DNA from: an uncultured archaeon | GTDB taxonomy: Archaea; Micrarchaeota; Micrarchaeia; Micrarchaeales; CABMGC01 | Assembly (NCBI GenBank): GCA_963704435.1 | Contig: OY969902.1 | Coordinates: 200,949-264,948 of the forward strand | Direction of reading: 5' to 3' | Length of the DNA stretch: 64,000 nt | Shown: positions 17,496-25,643 of the stretch, piece after piece | How the letters are laid out: the number at the start of each line of letters is the position of its first letter | How positions within the stretch are numbered: the first letter of the stretch is position 1 | Translations under genes and position numbers: made by a program | The notes under the pieces: generated by a model | Database searches by the model: none | Told to the model about the DNA's origin: nothing | Seen by the model: only the letters and a program-made list of their open reading frames with translations

Positions 17496-18074
17496 ATGCC
17501 CGAGAACTCCGGCGCTATGGTGGTCTTTGTTGGTGGGCCAAGGGCATCCGGAAAAAGCGCAGTTTTGAGCGAATTGAAGGCTTCAGCGCGAGCATCAGGA
17601 ACGGAAATCGAGATAGTGCCGATGTATAGCGTCTTGTCGCAGATTGGGCGAGACCGGTACAACAAAACAATAGGGGAGATCAATGCAGAGGCCCCGCTTG
17701 CACAAAGCATACAGATCGAGATCATAAAGCGGGTGAAGACATCGCCTGCCCAGGTCGCCCTGCTAGACGGCCATTATCTGAGCCAGGATGGTAAATCTAT
17801 GACGCCAATCTACCGGACTGACCTTGCTGATTACTCTGGGCTATTATCCGCTCACATAGTTGTGACTGCGCCGCCAGAAATGATACTTGAAAGAAGGCTC
17901 AACGACGAAGATTGCGGACGGAATCTGGATATTGGACTGATAAAGACGGAACAGGATGGAGAGATTGGTGAGGCAAAGAGAATAGGCAAGCTTTATGATA
18001 CGCCTGTCTATGTTATAGAAAACGTAGATATGAAAAGAACGGTCGCCGATTTCAGGAGCTTGCTTCATGTTTGA
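17496..18074 (+). CDS. P-loop NTPase, nucleotide/nucleoside-kinase-like
   Basis: Walker A is VFVGGPRASGKSAV and a Walker B-like strand is VALLDGHY. The size (~190 aa) and layout resemble adenylate-kinase-fold enzymes. The track start at 17487 is GTG; the first ATG is at 17496. Confidence 0.6.
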   Translation: MPENSGAMVVFVGGPRASGKSAVLSELKASARASGTEIEIVPMYSVLSQIGRDRYNKTIGEINAEAPLAQSIQIEIIKRVKTSPAQVALLDGHYLSQDGKSMTPIYRTDLADYSGLLSAHIVVTAPPEMILERRLNDEDCGRNLDIGLIKTEQDGEIGEAKRIGKLYDTPVYVIENVDMKRTVADFRSLLHV

Positions 18075-19470
18075 TGAGCGGAACGCGATTGAATTCGTCC
18101 TGGGATGTGGGAAAGTGGAGGACAATCAAAAAATAGATAAGCGTAGAACTCTGCTAGTGGGGGAACGCGATATAAAAGAACTTGACGAAGGCGGCAGGGT
18201 CCACTGCGTCTCCAAAAAGACAGGACTGCAGGTAAATTCGCTAACCCACAAAGAGATCGGGCTAAGATCAAGAGGATTGGCTATTTTGGATTCAGGCAAC
18301 AAGATAGTCTACCAAGAAGACAACTCGCACCTGCAGCACTTCTTTCCCATACTTATCAGGGATTTTGCGAAATTGGCATACGAATATACCAAGTCTAACA
18401 AGCCGCTGCCCATAGTGTCAGTAGATTCGCACGATGTAATAGGCTGCGATTTTTGCTGCCAGGATTGCCTCTCCGGCGGCGGACTGCTCGTCGCGAAATC
18501 AGGCATAAACAAAGGCTTCAGCCCAGCACTGAAGAGCTACATACACATACTTTCCGAGATAGCTGAATACTCGAAGCGGAGAGGCGTAGATTCGGTAAGA
18601 TTTGAGCAGTCCGGAGAGGGAAACCCGGACCTCTATGCGCTCCGCCCAAAACTCATAAAAGAAGCTAAGAAGCGCCATAACATGCAGACGGTGTATGTGA
18701 CGACAGGAAGCCAGATGAGCGAGGAACTGGCCGAGTCTCTCGTAGATAATGCGGCGTTCATACGAATAAGCTTCCCTGGAATAGATCCGCGAACGTACGC
18801 ACTATACTCCAACCAGAAGAAATACACTTTCAACGATTCTATCGCACGGCTGAAGAAATTGATCAAGATGAGGGCCGAGGCGGGGCGTGAACAGGAATTG
18901 CTAATAGGGGCCCGGGTTGCGCTTAGGCCCGAGGAGGAGCTCCTGTACTACGACTTCGGCAAGCTTATGAAGAAGATCGGAGTGGATTGCGTACAACTGG
19001 TGAAAATTCTGGTTCCAAATGGCCTGAAATGCCGGAATTTCCCAATTTCTGCCACTGCGATACGCCAGCTGGAAAAGCTCAAGACGCTGTCTGATGAGCA
19101 CTTCTGCGTAGCCATGCCTAATGTGCTAGACTACCTGTACTATGCGAGATACATAAAGGACAGGAGTAACTTCACGGACGTGTGCTACAGTTCTAGAATT
19201 CAGCCAGTCCTGACAGGCAACGGGCTCTTCGTATGCACAAAAAGCGAGGTCATGTACTCCAAAGAATACCTTTTTGGCAGCTTCAAGGGCAAAAAGGGCG
19301 AGATAGAGCAGTTTCTCAGCAAGAAGAATGTTGACAAAGTGACCAAGAACGTGCCTGCGTCATGCTACACCTGTGGAAACATATTCGACAACCTGCTCTT
19401 TGACAAGATGGTCAAGCTCGCCCGCCAAGCCAAAGGACCGCTATCATTTTATGAGGTCATATCTTACTAA
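18067..19470 (+). CDS. Radical SAM enzyme with a C-terminal Cys-rich (SPASM/twitch-like) module
   Basis: It has a CxxxCxxC motif in IGCDFCCQDC and a SAM-binding GGE-like motif, SGEGNPDL. The C-terminus reads CYSSRIQPVL..FVC...SCYTCGNIFDNLLFD. It overlaps the upstream gene by 8 nt. Confidence 0.7.
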   Translation: MFDERNAIEFVLGCGKVEDNQKIDKRRTLLVGERDIKELDEGGRVHCVSKKTGLQVNSLTHKEIGLRSRGLAILDSGNKIVYQEDNSHLQHFFPILIRDFAKLAYEYTKSNKPLPIVSVDSHDVIGCDFCCQDCLSGGGLLVAKSGINKGFSPALKSYIHILSEIAEYSKRRGVDSVRFEQSGEGNPDLYALRPKLIKEAKKRHNMQTVYVTTGSQMSEELAESLVDNAAFIRISFPGIDPRTYALYSNQKKYTFNDSIARLKKLIKMRAEAGREQELLIGARVALRPEEELLYYDFGKLMKKIGVDCVQLVKILVPNGLKCRNFPISATAIRQLEKLKTLSDEHFCVAMPNVLDYLYYARYIKDRSNFTDVCYSSRIQPVLTGNGLFVCTKSEVMYSKEYLFGSFKGKKGEIEQFLSKKNVDKVTKNVPASCYTCGNIFDNLLFDKMVKLARQAKGPLSFYEVISY

Positions 19471-19481
19471 AAGGTCGCAAA

Positions 19482-20456
19482 ATGGTCAAACTTAAAGAAC
19501 TGGGGAAAAAGCAGGAACTCTTCGAAGAGATGCCAGCAGATAAGATGAGGGTTTTCAGCAGCCCTACGCTATGGCTTGCCTCCGGGAATGTCCTACTCCA
19601 TAGCTGGCCAAATACGCAGCCGTTCTACTTCTATCCCTTCAGTGTACTGGATTTCTTAAATAACAATCGGAGAGAGCTGAGGATTATAGATTCAAGTCGT
19701 ACGGCAGCGATAGAGGCAATTAAGAAATTGAAAGGCTCAAAGGTCCATTTTGAGGGTTTGAAACCCGACCTGATCGATTTCGCCCTAAAGTCGGGCCACA
19801 AGGTGTCCGTCATATGCGATCTGGAAGAAATAAACCCCAGCAACCTAGAGACCTTATCGTGCATAGACTTTCTTATAGTGAGGATAAACTCAGCTAATCA
19901 GGACCTGTCCAGGTTAAAAGGCATACCTAATAAGAGGCTCCTGTCTGGAATAAGAGTGTATCTGTCAAGCGATAGCAATGACTTTACTTCTTCAGCCAAA
20001 GAGGCCAAAAGACTGGGCTTCGACTTTATCCACGTGTCCAAGAGGCTCGTAGGATCAAGGCAAGCATCCTTTCCGGAAAGCCAGAAGGACAGGATTCACA
20101 ACCTGCTGGGCTTCCAGTCAAAGACGTTCAAGGTCTTGCTCCCGAAGAACCTTAACACGGTTTTTAATGAAAAATTCGCTATAAGCGATGAGTATGATAA
20201 TTCGAGCAACTGCTATTTTTCGCGATTCAGGAGAGTTTTATACAAAGACAAATTTTATCCCTGTTATACCCATTCAATAGTTGAGAAAGGAAAATTCTCT
20301 TCGGAAACGTTAACTGGATTGAGGAAAAAGTCGAAACTGTTCGGAAAGGGCTGCACGGACTGCGCATGTATCTATGAAAATGACCTATTCGAGGACATTT
20401 CCAAGAGCTCGAAAAGAATCAAGAACAAAAGGTTTTTACTTGGTTATGACTATTAA
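19482..20456 (+). CDS. Hypothetical protein sharing the Cys-rich C-terminal module of the preceding radical SAM enzyme but lacking CxxxCxxC
   Basis: 324 aa. The C-terminus CYFSRFRRVL..YPC...GCTDCACIYENDLFE is clearly homologous to the C-terminus of 18067..19470. I saw no canonical radical-SAM cluster motif in the N-terminal two-thirds. Confidence 0.6.
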   Translation: MVKLKELGKKQELFEEMPADKMRVFSSPTLWLASGNVLLHSWPNTQPFYFYPFSVLDFLNNNRRELRIIDSSRTAAIEAIKKLKGSKVHFEGLKPDLIDFALKSGHKVSVICDLEEINPSNLETLSCIDFLIVRINSANQDLSRLKGIPNKRLLSGIRVYLSSDSNDFTSSAKEAKRLGFDFIHVSKRLVGSRQASFPESQKDRIHNLLGFQSKTFKVLLPKNLNTVFNEKFAISDEYDNSSNCYFSRFRRVLYKDKFYPCYTHSIVEKGKFSSETLTGLRKKSKLFGKGCTDCACIYENDLFEDISKSSKRIKNKRFLLGYDY

Positions 20457-20491
20457 TAAATTAGGATGAGAATAGAATTTGGTGATGCGAT

Positions 20492-20947
20492 ATGGAAGAA
20501 AATGATAGGTTCGGCCTTGGGGTTTTCGTGTGCTTCTTTAACAAAGACTATTCAAAAACCCTGTTATTGTTCAGAAACGCTGAAAAAAGGGCGCGCTGGG
20601 GCGCGGATTGGGGAAATGTCGGAGGCGTAGTCGAGCTTGGAGAAACGACGGTACAGGCTGCTATAAGGGAGGTTATTGAGGAAATAGGGATAAATCTGAA
20701 GCCATCGGACCTGAGTCTCATTTACATCAAAGAGACGCTGAATTTCATTCCACACATACAGGCAGTGCATTTCGTCTACACCACCACAATGGATGAGAGC
20801 CGAAAGATTAAATTGAATAGCGAATCGGATAGGTACGAGTGGTTTGAAGTCTCAAATTTGCCGGAGAGGATGCTTGATTCAAAGAAAGATATGCTAATGT
20901 GGAGAGACCTGGCAAAGTCTGGCCGCAAGATAGCGCAGAACAAATAG
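20492..20947 (+). CDS. NUDIX hydrolase
   Basis: The Nudix box GGVVELGETTVQAAIREVIEEIGI fits GX5EX7REUXEEXGU. A Shine-Dalgarno-like GGTGAT lies 5 nt upstream of the ATG. Confidence 0.85.
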   Translation: MEENDRFGLGVFVCFFNKDYSKTLLLFRNAEKRARWGADWGNVGGVVELGETTVQAAIREVIEEIGINLKPSDLSLIYIKETLNFIPHIQAVHFVYTTTMDESRKIKLNSESDRYEWFEVSNLPERMLDSKKDMLMWRDLAKSGRKIAQNK

Positions 20948-20955
20948 GTGAGTGG

Positions 20956-21780
20956 ATGCGCGGTTTGATGCGCACTCCGATTAAATATCCCGGATCAAAG
21001 AATTATTACGTAATCAAACACGTCTTGCAAATCCTGCCGCCACATGCAGTTTTCATAGAGCCCTTTTGCGGAGGAGCTTCAATATTCTTCGCAAAGCCCA
21101 AAGCAAAGAGTAATTGGTTAAATGACATAGATGCAGAGCTAATAACCACATACAAAGTATTGAGGGACAATCCAGATGGATTGATTGAAGCTATAAATGG
21201 CGCGGAAATCTCCAAGGAGAATTATCGCCATTTCAAGATGGATTTTAAGCCTAGAAACGATCTTGAAAGAGCCCTAAGATGGCTATACTTGGACCTAAAT
21301 TCTTATCCAGATACGATAAATCTAGTGCCTAAATTCTTAAAATTTGACGATACCACTCACACAAATATGCGCAGACTTACAGAAGAGCTGCATAGGGCTT
21401 CCAGAAAGCTGCAGCATGTCGATCTGACTGTAATGGATTTTGCTCATACAATAAAAGAAGCACCGGAAGGTGCATTTCTATTTATAGACCCTCCATACTC
21501 CCTGCACAACTCCCCCTCTAAAGCTAAAAAATACCTAAACAAATTCGGAAGGAAAGGACACACAAAACTTGCAACCTTACTTAGAGACAGGTTTAACGAG
21601 ATTAAATTCATGCTTTGCTATAGGGCAGATTCCGAAGCGGAAAGCCTGTACACTATAGATGAAAAGATGTACAAAAAAGTTTTCAGATTCAAGGCAGAGC
21701 ACCCTATATTAAAAGGCAATAAATTAAAAATGAAAAAAGAAGAATATTCAGAGATGGTTCTTACGAATTATAAGATATAG
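20956..21780 (+). CDS. DNA N6-adenine methyltransferase, Dam/D12 class
   Basis: It has the N-terminal IKYPGSKNYY, the SAM-binding FIEPFCGGASIFF and the catalytic FLFIDPPY. I prefer the start at 20956 (AGGTGA 4 nt upstream, just after the NUDIX stop) over the overlapping track start at 20899. Confidence 0.85.
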   Translation: MRGLMRTPIKYPGSKNYYVIKHVLQILPPHAVFIEPFCGGASIFFAKPKAKSNWLNDIDAELITTYKVLRDNPDGLIEAINGAEISKENYRHFKMDFKPRNDLERALRWLYLDLNSYPDTINLVPKFLKFDDTTHTNMRRLTEELHRASRKLQHVDLTVMDFAHTIKEAPEGAFLFIDPPYSLHNSPSKAKKYLNKFGRKGHTKLATLLRDRFNEIKFMLCYRADSEAESLYTIDEKMYKKVFRFKAEHPILKGNKLKMKKEEYSEMVLTNYKI

Positions 21781-21797
21781 GTCATCTAGTGAGGGGT

Positions 21798-23690
21798 ATG
21801 AAATATGGGGCGGATAGGCAAGGACGCCAGAAGCATCCTATACCTAAGAAGGTCGTTAAGATTGCTGTTCTAAAGAGTGAAGGCAATCTTAGTGCCGTTT
21901 CCCCAGGGGATATCAAAACAAGGCAAAGTTTGCTTTTTCAACTGCACAAACTTCCTGATGAAGCCGTACTACACATAAGAAACTTCATGCCCCAAGTCGG
22001 TTGCCCTAATAGGTGCTCTTTTTGCTCACAAAGTTCTGGCAAAACGATCATAAAAATCTCGGATAGGGGCCTAAGAAACCTCATTTCGGCGCTCAAAACC
22101 GCTGCGATTGAAGCGTTGGCTAGAAGAGAGGGCGCGAGTATAGGCTCATTGGTAAATGACGATGGGAGCCTCAACAAGGCGTTTAAGCTTCCGGAGAAGG
22201 GTTTGATTGGCAACCGTCTAGATGGAGGAGAGAGCAGGGTGTACCCCTTTTTAGATACGGACATCTGTTCTTATTCTGACCTTTACGATTATGTAAAGTA
22301 TCTCAATGAAGATTTAGGTGTATCAATCTCGATATCCACAGTCGGATATTCCAGATACAATAAACAGCTACAGAGAATGCATGAAAAAATAATAAAGGAA
22401 TTTCCACAAGCCATAGCTAGTCTGGCATTTTCAATAACACCATATACCTATGGTTGGACAAAAGCGGCGGAAAAATCCGGCAAATACAGCAGGTCAGATT
22501 TCAATCAAGATATGGCTAATGCTATAAAAACGTACGCGCCTCTAATCGAGAGGCTAGGTGCGAGTAGGAAGACCTTCTGTGTATCTCTCCGGTTTAAACC
22601 AGAAGTGTCTGCAGAAAGCAGGCAACTTGATGAAGGTCATGTGAAAGGCCACCACTTTATCCATTCGGGACCGCATCTCCTCTTCAGTATTGCAAGGAAT
22701 GTAAACTTGGAACCTTCTGAAGTCATAGGTGTGGAAGGCAGAATACCTTTGTTCAACAATCTGCCCCAACCCTATGTCTTAGTCACTTCAGACAACCAGC
22801 TTAACACAAGAACATGGCATGCCGCTGTTTTGGAACTCATTACAAAATACGATGAAGGGCTTCTCAAAGGGAGAAAAGATATGCCCATAAGAACAAAGCA
22901 AGTCTACAAATGTGAAAACGAGGAAGGCATATACTATGCTGCAGATCCGACTTTCAAAGAAGGGGGCCATTTTGAAGCTCTACACTTCTATGCTCAGACA
23001 GAAAGGCGGAGGGTGAGCGGATACAATAATGCGGAACGCACCTTTCTGAATACCATACTCGATTTTAAAAAGGAAAAGGGAATTTCGAGACGTGATGAAT
23101 TTCCAGATGCAACGTGGGCCGATGTTAATTCGGTAGTGGAAAGGCTAACTAAAAAAGCAGTAGCTGCTGGCAACTACGATATACTTCACAGAAATCACAT
23201 CGAAAAGGATATACTGCCTATAGTGGAGTCATATGTGGAAATATTAAAGCACTCTGACCTTAGTCCCTCCTTCTTATTTCATCCTCACTTTACTGATGAT
23301 ACTGGCCAAATAGTAAATCGCGGAAGAGCCTTAGCCCAATTCCATGGTCTAGCTGGAAAAGAAGATGTACCTATAACGCCTAACGAAGAAAGAACATTTG
23401 GGCGGGCAGGGCATCCTGCCCTTAACGGAGTTGAATACAGACTCTCTCCAAATCCTGATAATGGAGTGTGCGCTAATAGTATAGCGAAAAGGAACAGTGA
23501 AAACCCACAATTAATCAAACACAGTTTAATACTAGCTCCAATAGACTACAATCCTATGATTCGATATAATGACTATGAGAGAGCCGTGGTAATAGAAGAC
23601 GTAGAATTGGTAGCAATCCCCTTCGAACAATTTTATGCCCTGAAACTACTGCCAGGCATAACCCTTAAACGACAGATATCACACAATTAG
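21798..23690 (+). CDS. Large radical SAM enzyme of unknown subfamily
   Basis: It has a CxxxCxxC motif in VGCPNRCSFCSQS. At about 630 aa, the long C-terminal region has no motif I recognise. The track start at 21789 is GTG; the first ATG is at 21798. Confidence 0.65.
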   Translation: MKYGADRQGRQKHPIPKKVVKIAVLKSEGNLSAVSPGDIKTRQSLLFQLHKLPDEAVLHIRNFMPQVGCPNRCSFCSQSSGKTIIKISDRGLRNLISALKTAAIEALARREGASIGSLVNDDGSLNKAFKLPEKGLIGNRLDGGESRVYPFLDTDICSYSDLYDYVKYLNEDLGVSISISTVGYSRYNKQLQRMHEKIIKEFPQAIASLAFSITPYTYGWTKAAEKSGKYSRSDFNQDMANAIKTYAPLIERLGASRKTFCVSLRFKPEVSAESRQLDEGHVKGHHFIHSGPHLLFSIARNVNLEPSEVIGVEGRIPLFNNLPQPYVLVTSDNQLNTRTWHAAVLELITKYDEGLLKGRKDMPIRTKQVYKCENEEGIYYAADPTFKEGGHFEALHFYAQTERRRVSGYNNAERTFLNTILDFKKEKGISRRDEFPDATWADVNSVVERLTKKAVAAGNYDILHRNHIEKDILPIVESYVEILKHSDLSPSFLFHPHFTDDTGQIVNRGRALAQFHGLAGKEDVPITPNEERTFGRAGHPALNGVEYRLSPNPDNGVCANSIAKRNSENPQLIKHSLILAPIDYNPMIRYNDYERAVVIEDVELVAIPFEQFYALKLLPGITLKRQISHN

Positions 23691-23701
23691 GCTAGATATT
23701 T

Positions 23702-24490
23702 ATGCTAAGGATATACGGCACCGTTTATGATAATGCCGATTTAGCCGAAAAATGTCTGAGGTCCATTTCAAAATTAAAGCCATACCGGCTCTATGTAGTT
23801 GACAATTATTCTACAGATAAAACATACGAAATACTTAGGAGACATAAGGAAGTGAATATAAAGAGGCTAAAATGCTCAAGAGGAAAAGGCAGGGACGTGG
23901 CATTGAAAATGCTGCTTAGCGAAGCGAATCCCGAAGACCCCGTAATGTACATAGACTTTGACGTGATTTTCGAGCCCGGTTTCATAAAAATACTGTCAAA
24001 GCGAATTAAGCAGATTAAAGACAATGAAATGTACAATCTTTTTAATGGTCTTAGCACCGCTAAAACAAACAGGGCACTGCCTTGGCGCGATCTAAATTCG
24101 GCCGAGGACTGGGAAAGATTAGCAAGGGCAAAAAGTGAAGGCATACGCATATTGACAATCAGAAATGATATCAAAAATATCAGAAAATGGGTGAATAACC
24201 GGGAGAACGTCGGCTATAAAGTATCTGATAGAGAGTGCAGATATGTAACTAATAAGTTGGGTCTGGATATTAGAGTATTTAAGATGCTGATAGACAGCGA
24301 AAGAGGCAGGGCCCATAAGTCCTTTCACGAATTCTATGAAATCTCAGCTAACAAGAATATAAAGAGTTATTTGCTCTTTTTAGCTGCATACGTATGCGGG
24401 CGTACGTTGGGGATCTATTCATACGATGATAAAAGAAGCAACAAAGAATATGTGCTCGATTTTAAAATATCGAGCTTGTGGAAATTCTAA
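23702..24490 (+). CDS. Glycosyltransferase family 2-like protein
   Basis: 262 aa. The N-terminal Rossmann-like GT-A pattern is present (IYGTVYDNADLAEKCLRSI...YVVDNYSTDKTYEIL, later YIDFDV). It is the last gene of the AT-rich operon. Confidence 0.55.
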   Translation: MLRIYGTVYDNADLAEKCLRSISKLKPYRLYVVDNYSTDKTYEILRRHKEVNIKRLKCSRGKGRDVALKMLLSEANPEDPVMYIDFDVIFEPGFIKILSKRIKQIKDNEMYNLFNGLSTAKTNRALPWRDLNSAEDWERLARAKSEGIRILTIRNDIKNIRKWVNNRENVGYKVSDRECRYVTNKLGLDIRVFKMLIDSERGRAHKSFHEFYEISANKNIKSYLLFLAAYVCGRTLGIYSYDDKRSNKEYVLDFKISSLWKF

Positions 24491-24550
24491 TATGCAGGAT
24501 CTCTCCAAGTTTAATTTCCTTGAAGGACTATCTTAAAAATCTCTCGAAAA

Positions 24551-24652
24551 TCAGGTCTGGACTGAGAGGGCTGCCGGAGCGAATGTACGATGCCCTACGT
24601 GGTTTGCCATACATTTCACCGTTGTCTATATATAATGGCTATCTATATATAG
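24551..24652. repeat. Intergenic repeat family, copy 3 (most diverged), promoter region of the AbrB-like gene
   Basis: Sequence is CTGAGAGGGCTGCCGGAGCGAATGTACGATGCCCTACGTGGTTTGCCATACATTTCACCGTTGTCTATATATAATGGCTATCTATATATAG. The minus-strand micro-ORF is MANHVGHRTFAPAALSVQT (24551..24610). Confidence 0.65.
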
Positions 24653-24880
24653 ATGACGATGGAAAACGAGCCCGTAAGCTACCGGTCGAGGCGGACCCAC
24701 AAGCCGGTCGCCAGGGATTGCAGCAGGGTCATGCGGCTGTCGAACGGCCAGTTCCTGGTGACCGTGCCAAGGGAGATCACCAGATGGAAGCACATAGGCA
24801 AGGGCACGCTGCTCAAATGGTCCGATGCCGGACCCGGAAGGGTTATCTTGGAAGTCGTGCAGGGCCTGGACGATGCATGA
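24653..24880 (+). CDS. AbrB/SpoVT-like (MazE/VapB-type) DNA-binding protein
   Basis: 75 aa. The segment RLSNGQFLVTVPREITRWKHIGKGTLLKWSDAGPGRVILEVV matches the swapped-hairpin AbrB pattern. I prefer it over the overlapping 146-aa ORF at 24478..24918. Confidence 0.55.
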   Translation: MTMENEPVSYRSRRTHKPVARDCSRVMRLSNGQFLVTVPREITRWKHIGKGTLLKWSDAGPGRVILEVVQGLDDA

Positions 24881-24963
24881 AGAGGTGCTGGTTCAAATGC
24901 AGGACTCCTCGCCCATAAGTAGGGACATAGTTAATGCGAAGAAGAGATATGCTCTTTGGAAAA

Positions 24964-25641
24964 CTAACTAGGTAGCGTTTGGTTCGACAGGCTCCAGAGG
25001 AATCTCTCTATTGCTACTATTCCTTCTCCAGCAGCTTCGGCACCTACTGAAGATATGGCATCACCAGTCACTTCTCTTCCTGAAATGTAAGGCGCCGGAG
25101 TCTGATTGTTAGTTACGAATCCGCTTATTTCTTTGTCCATCACATATCCGGCGATAGTTTTAGTAGCCTCTTTGGCAAGATTAATGGCATCCTTCTCCTT
25201 GAGTGTGCCTTTCTCATACTCCTCCTTAAGCTTCATCGCCTCGAATGCAATCTTTCCGAACTCGTAGGCAGCGCAGGCCACTGTGAAGATGAGCATAGGA
25301 CCCGGGAAGGCCACCGCTAAAGCCTGTAGAAGAACTTTCTTTGCCACGCTAAGCGCTACATTCCTGAAGAAGGCGTTAACAGGGACCTCTTCAGTCATTG
25401 TGTTAGTTTTAGGACTCCATGAAGTGGCTCTTTTGACATATGAGACAGAAGTCTCGTGTCCCCTAAACGAAACGGATGCACTTTGTGTTGTAAAATCAGC
25501 TAATTTCTTCACGCCTTTAGGTAAATGAGCCTTAACCCTGCGGCTTTCTTCCGAATCATCATCACCTCCACCGAATCCGCCACCACCTCCACCTCCTCCT
25601 GAATATGATTTCTCTCCTTTACCTCTGTTTCCGCCACCCAT
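24964..25641 (-). CDS. Hypothetical protein with a poly-Gly/acidic N-terminus and a central hydrophobic segment
   Basis: 225 aa. It starts MGGGNRGKGEKSYSGGGGGGGGFGGGDDDSEE and has the hydrophobic stretch LLQALAVAFPGPMLIFTVACAAY. The gap to the upstream gene is 2 nt, so they probably form an operon. Confidence 0.5.
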   Translation of the reverse strand: MGGGNRGKGEKSYSGGGGGGGGFGGGDDDSEESRRVKAHLPKGVKKLADFTTQSASVSFRGHETSVSYVKRATSWSPKTNTMTEEVPVNAFFRNVALSVAKKVLLQALAVAFPGPMLIFTVACAAYEFGKIAFEAMKLKEEYEKGTLKEKDAINLAKEATKTIAGYVMDKEISGFVTNNQTPAPYISGREVTGDAISSVGAEAAGEGIVAIERFLWSLSNQTLPS

Positions 25642-25643
25642 GT

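Noticed and set aside
20899-20955. N-terminal extension of the Dam-type methyltransferase ORF overlapping the NUDIX gene
   Set aside because: The extension (MERPGKVWPQDSAEQIGEW) is not part of the conserved MTase N-terminus. An ATG with an AGGTGA ribosome-binding site lies at 20956, just after the NUDIX stop.
24478-24918. 146-aa ORF spanning repeat copy 3
   Set aside because: It reads through the AT-rich promoter-like repeat and yields an Arg/Gly/Pro-rich product. The overlapping 75-aa frame gives a recognisable AbrB-like fold pattern, and its 5' end is conserved in repeat copy 2.
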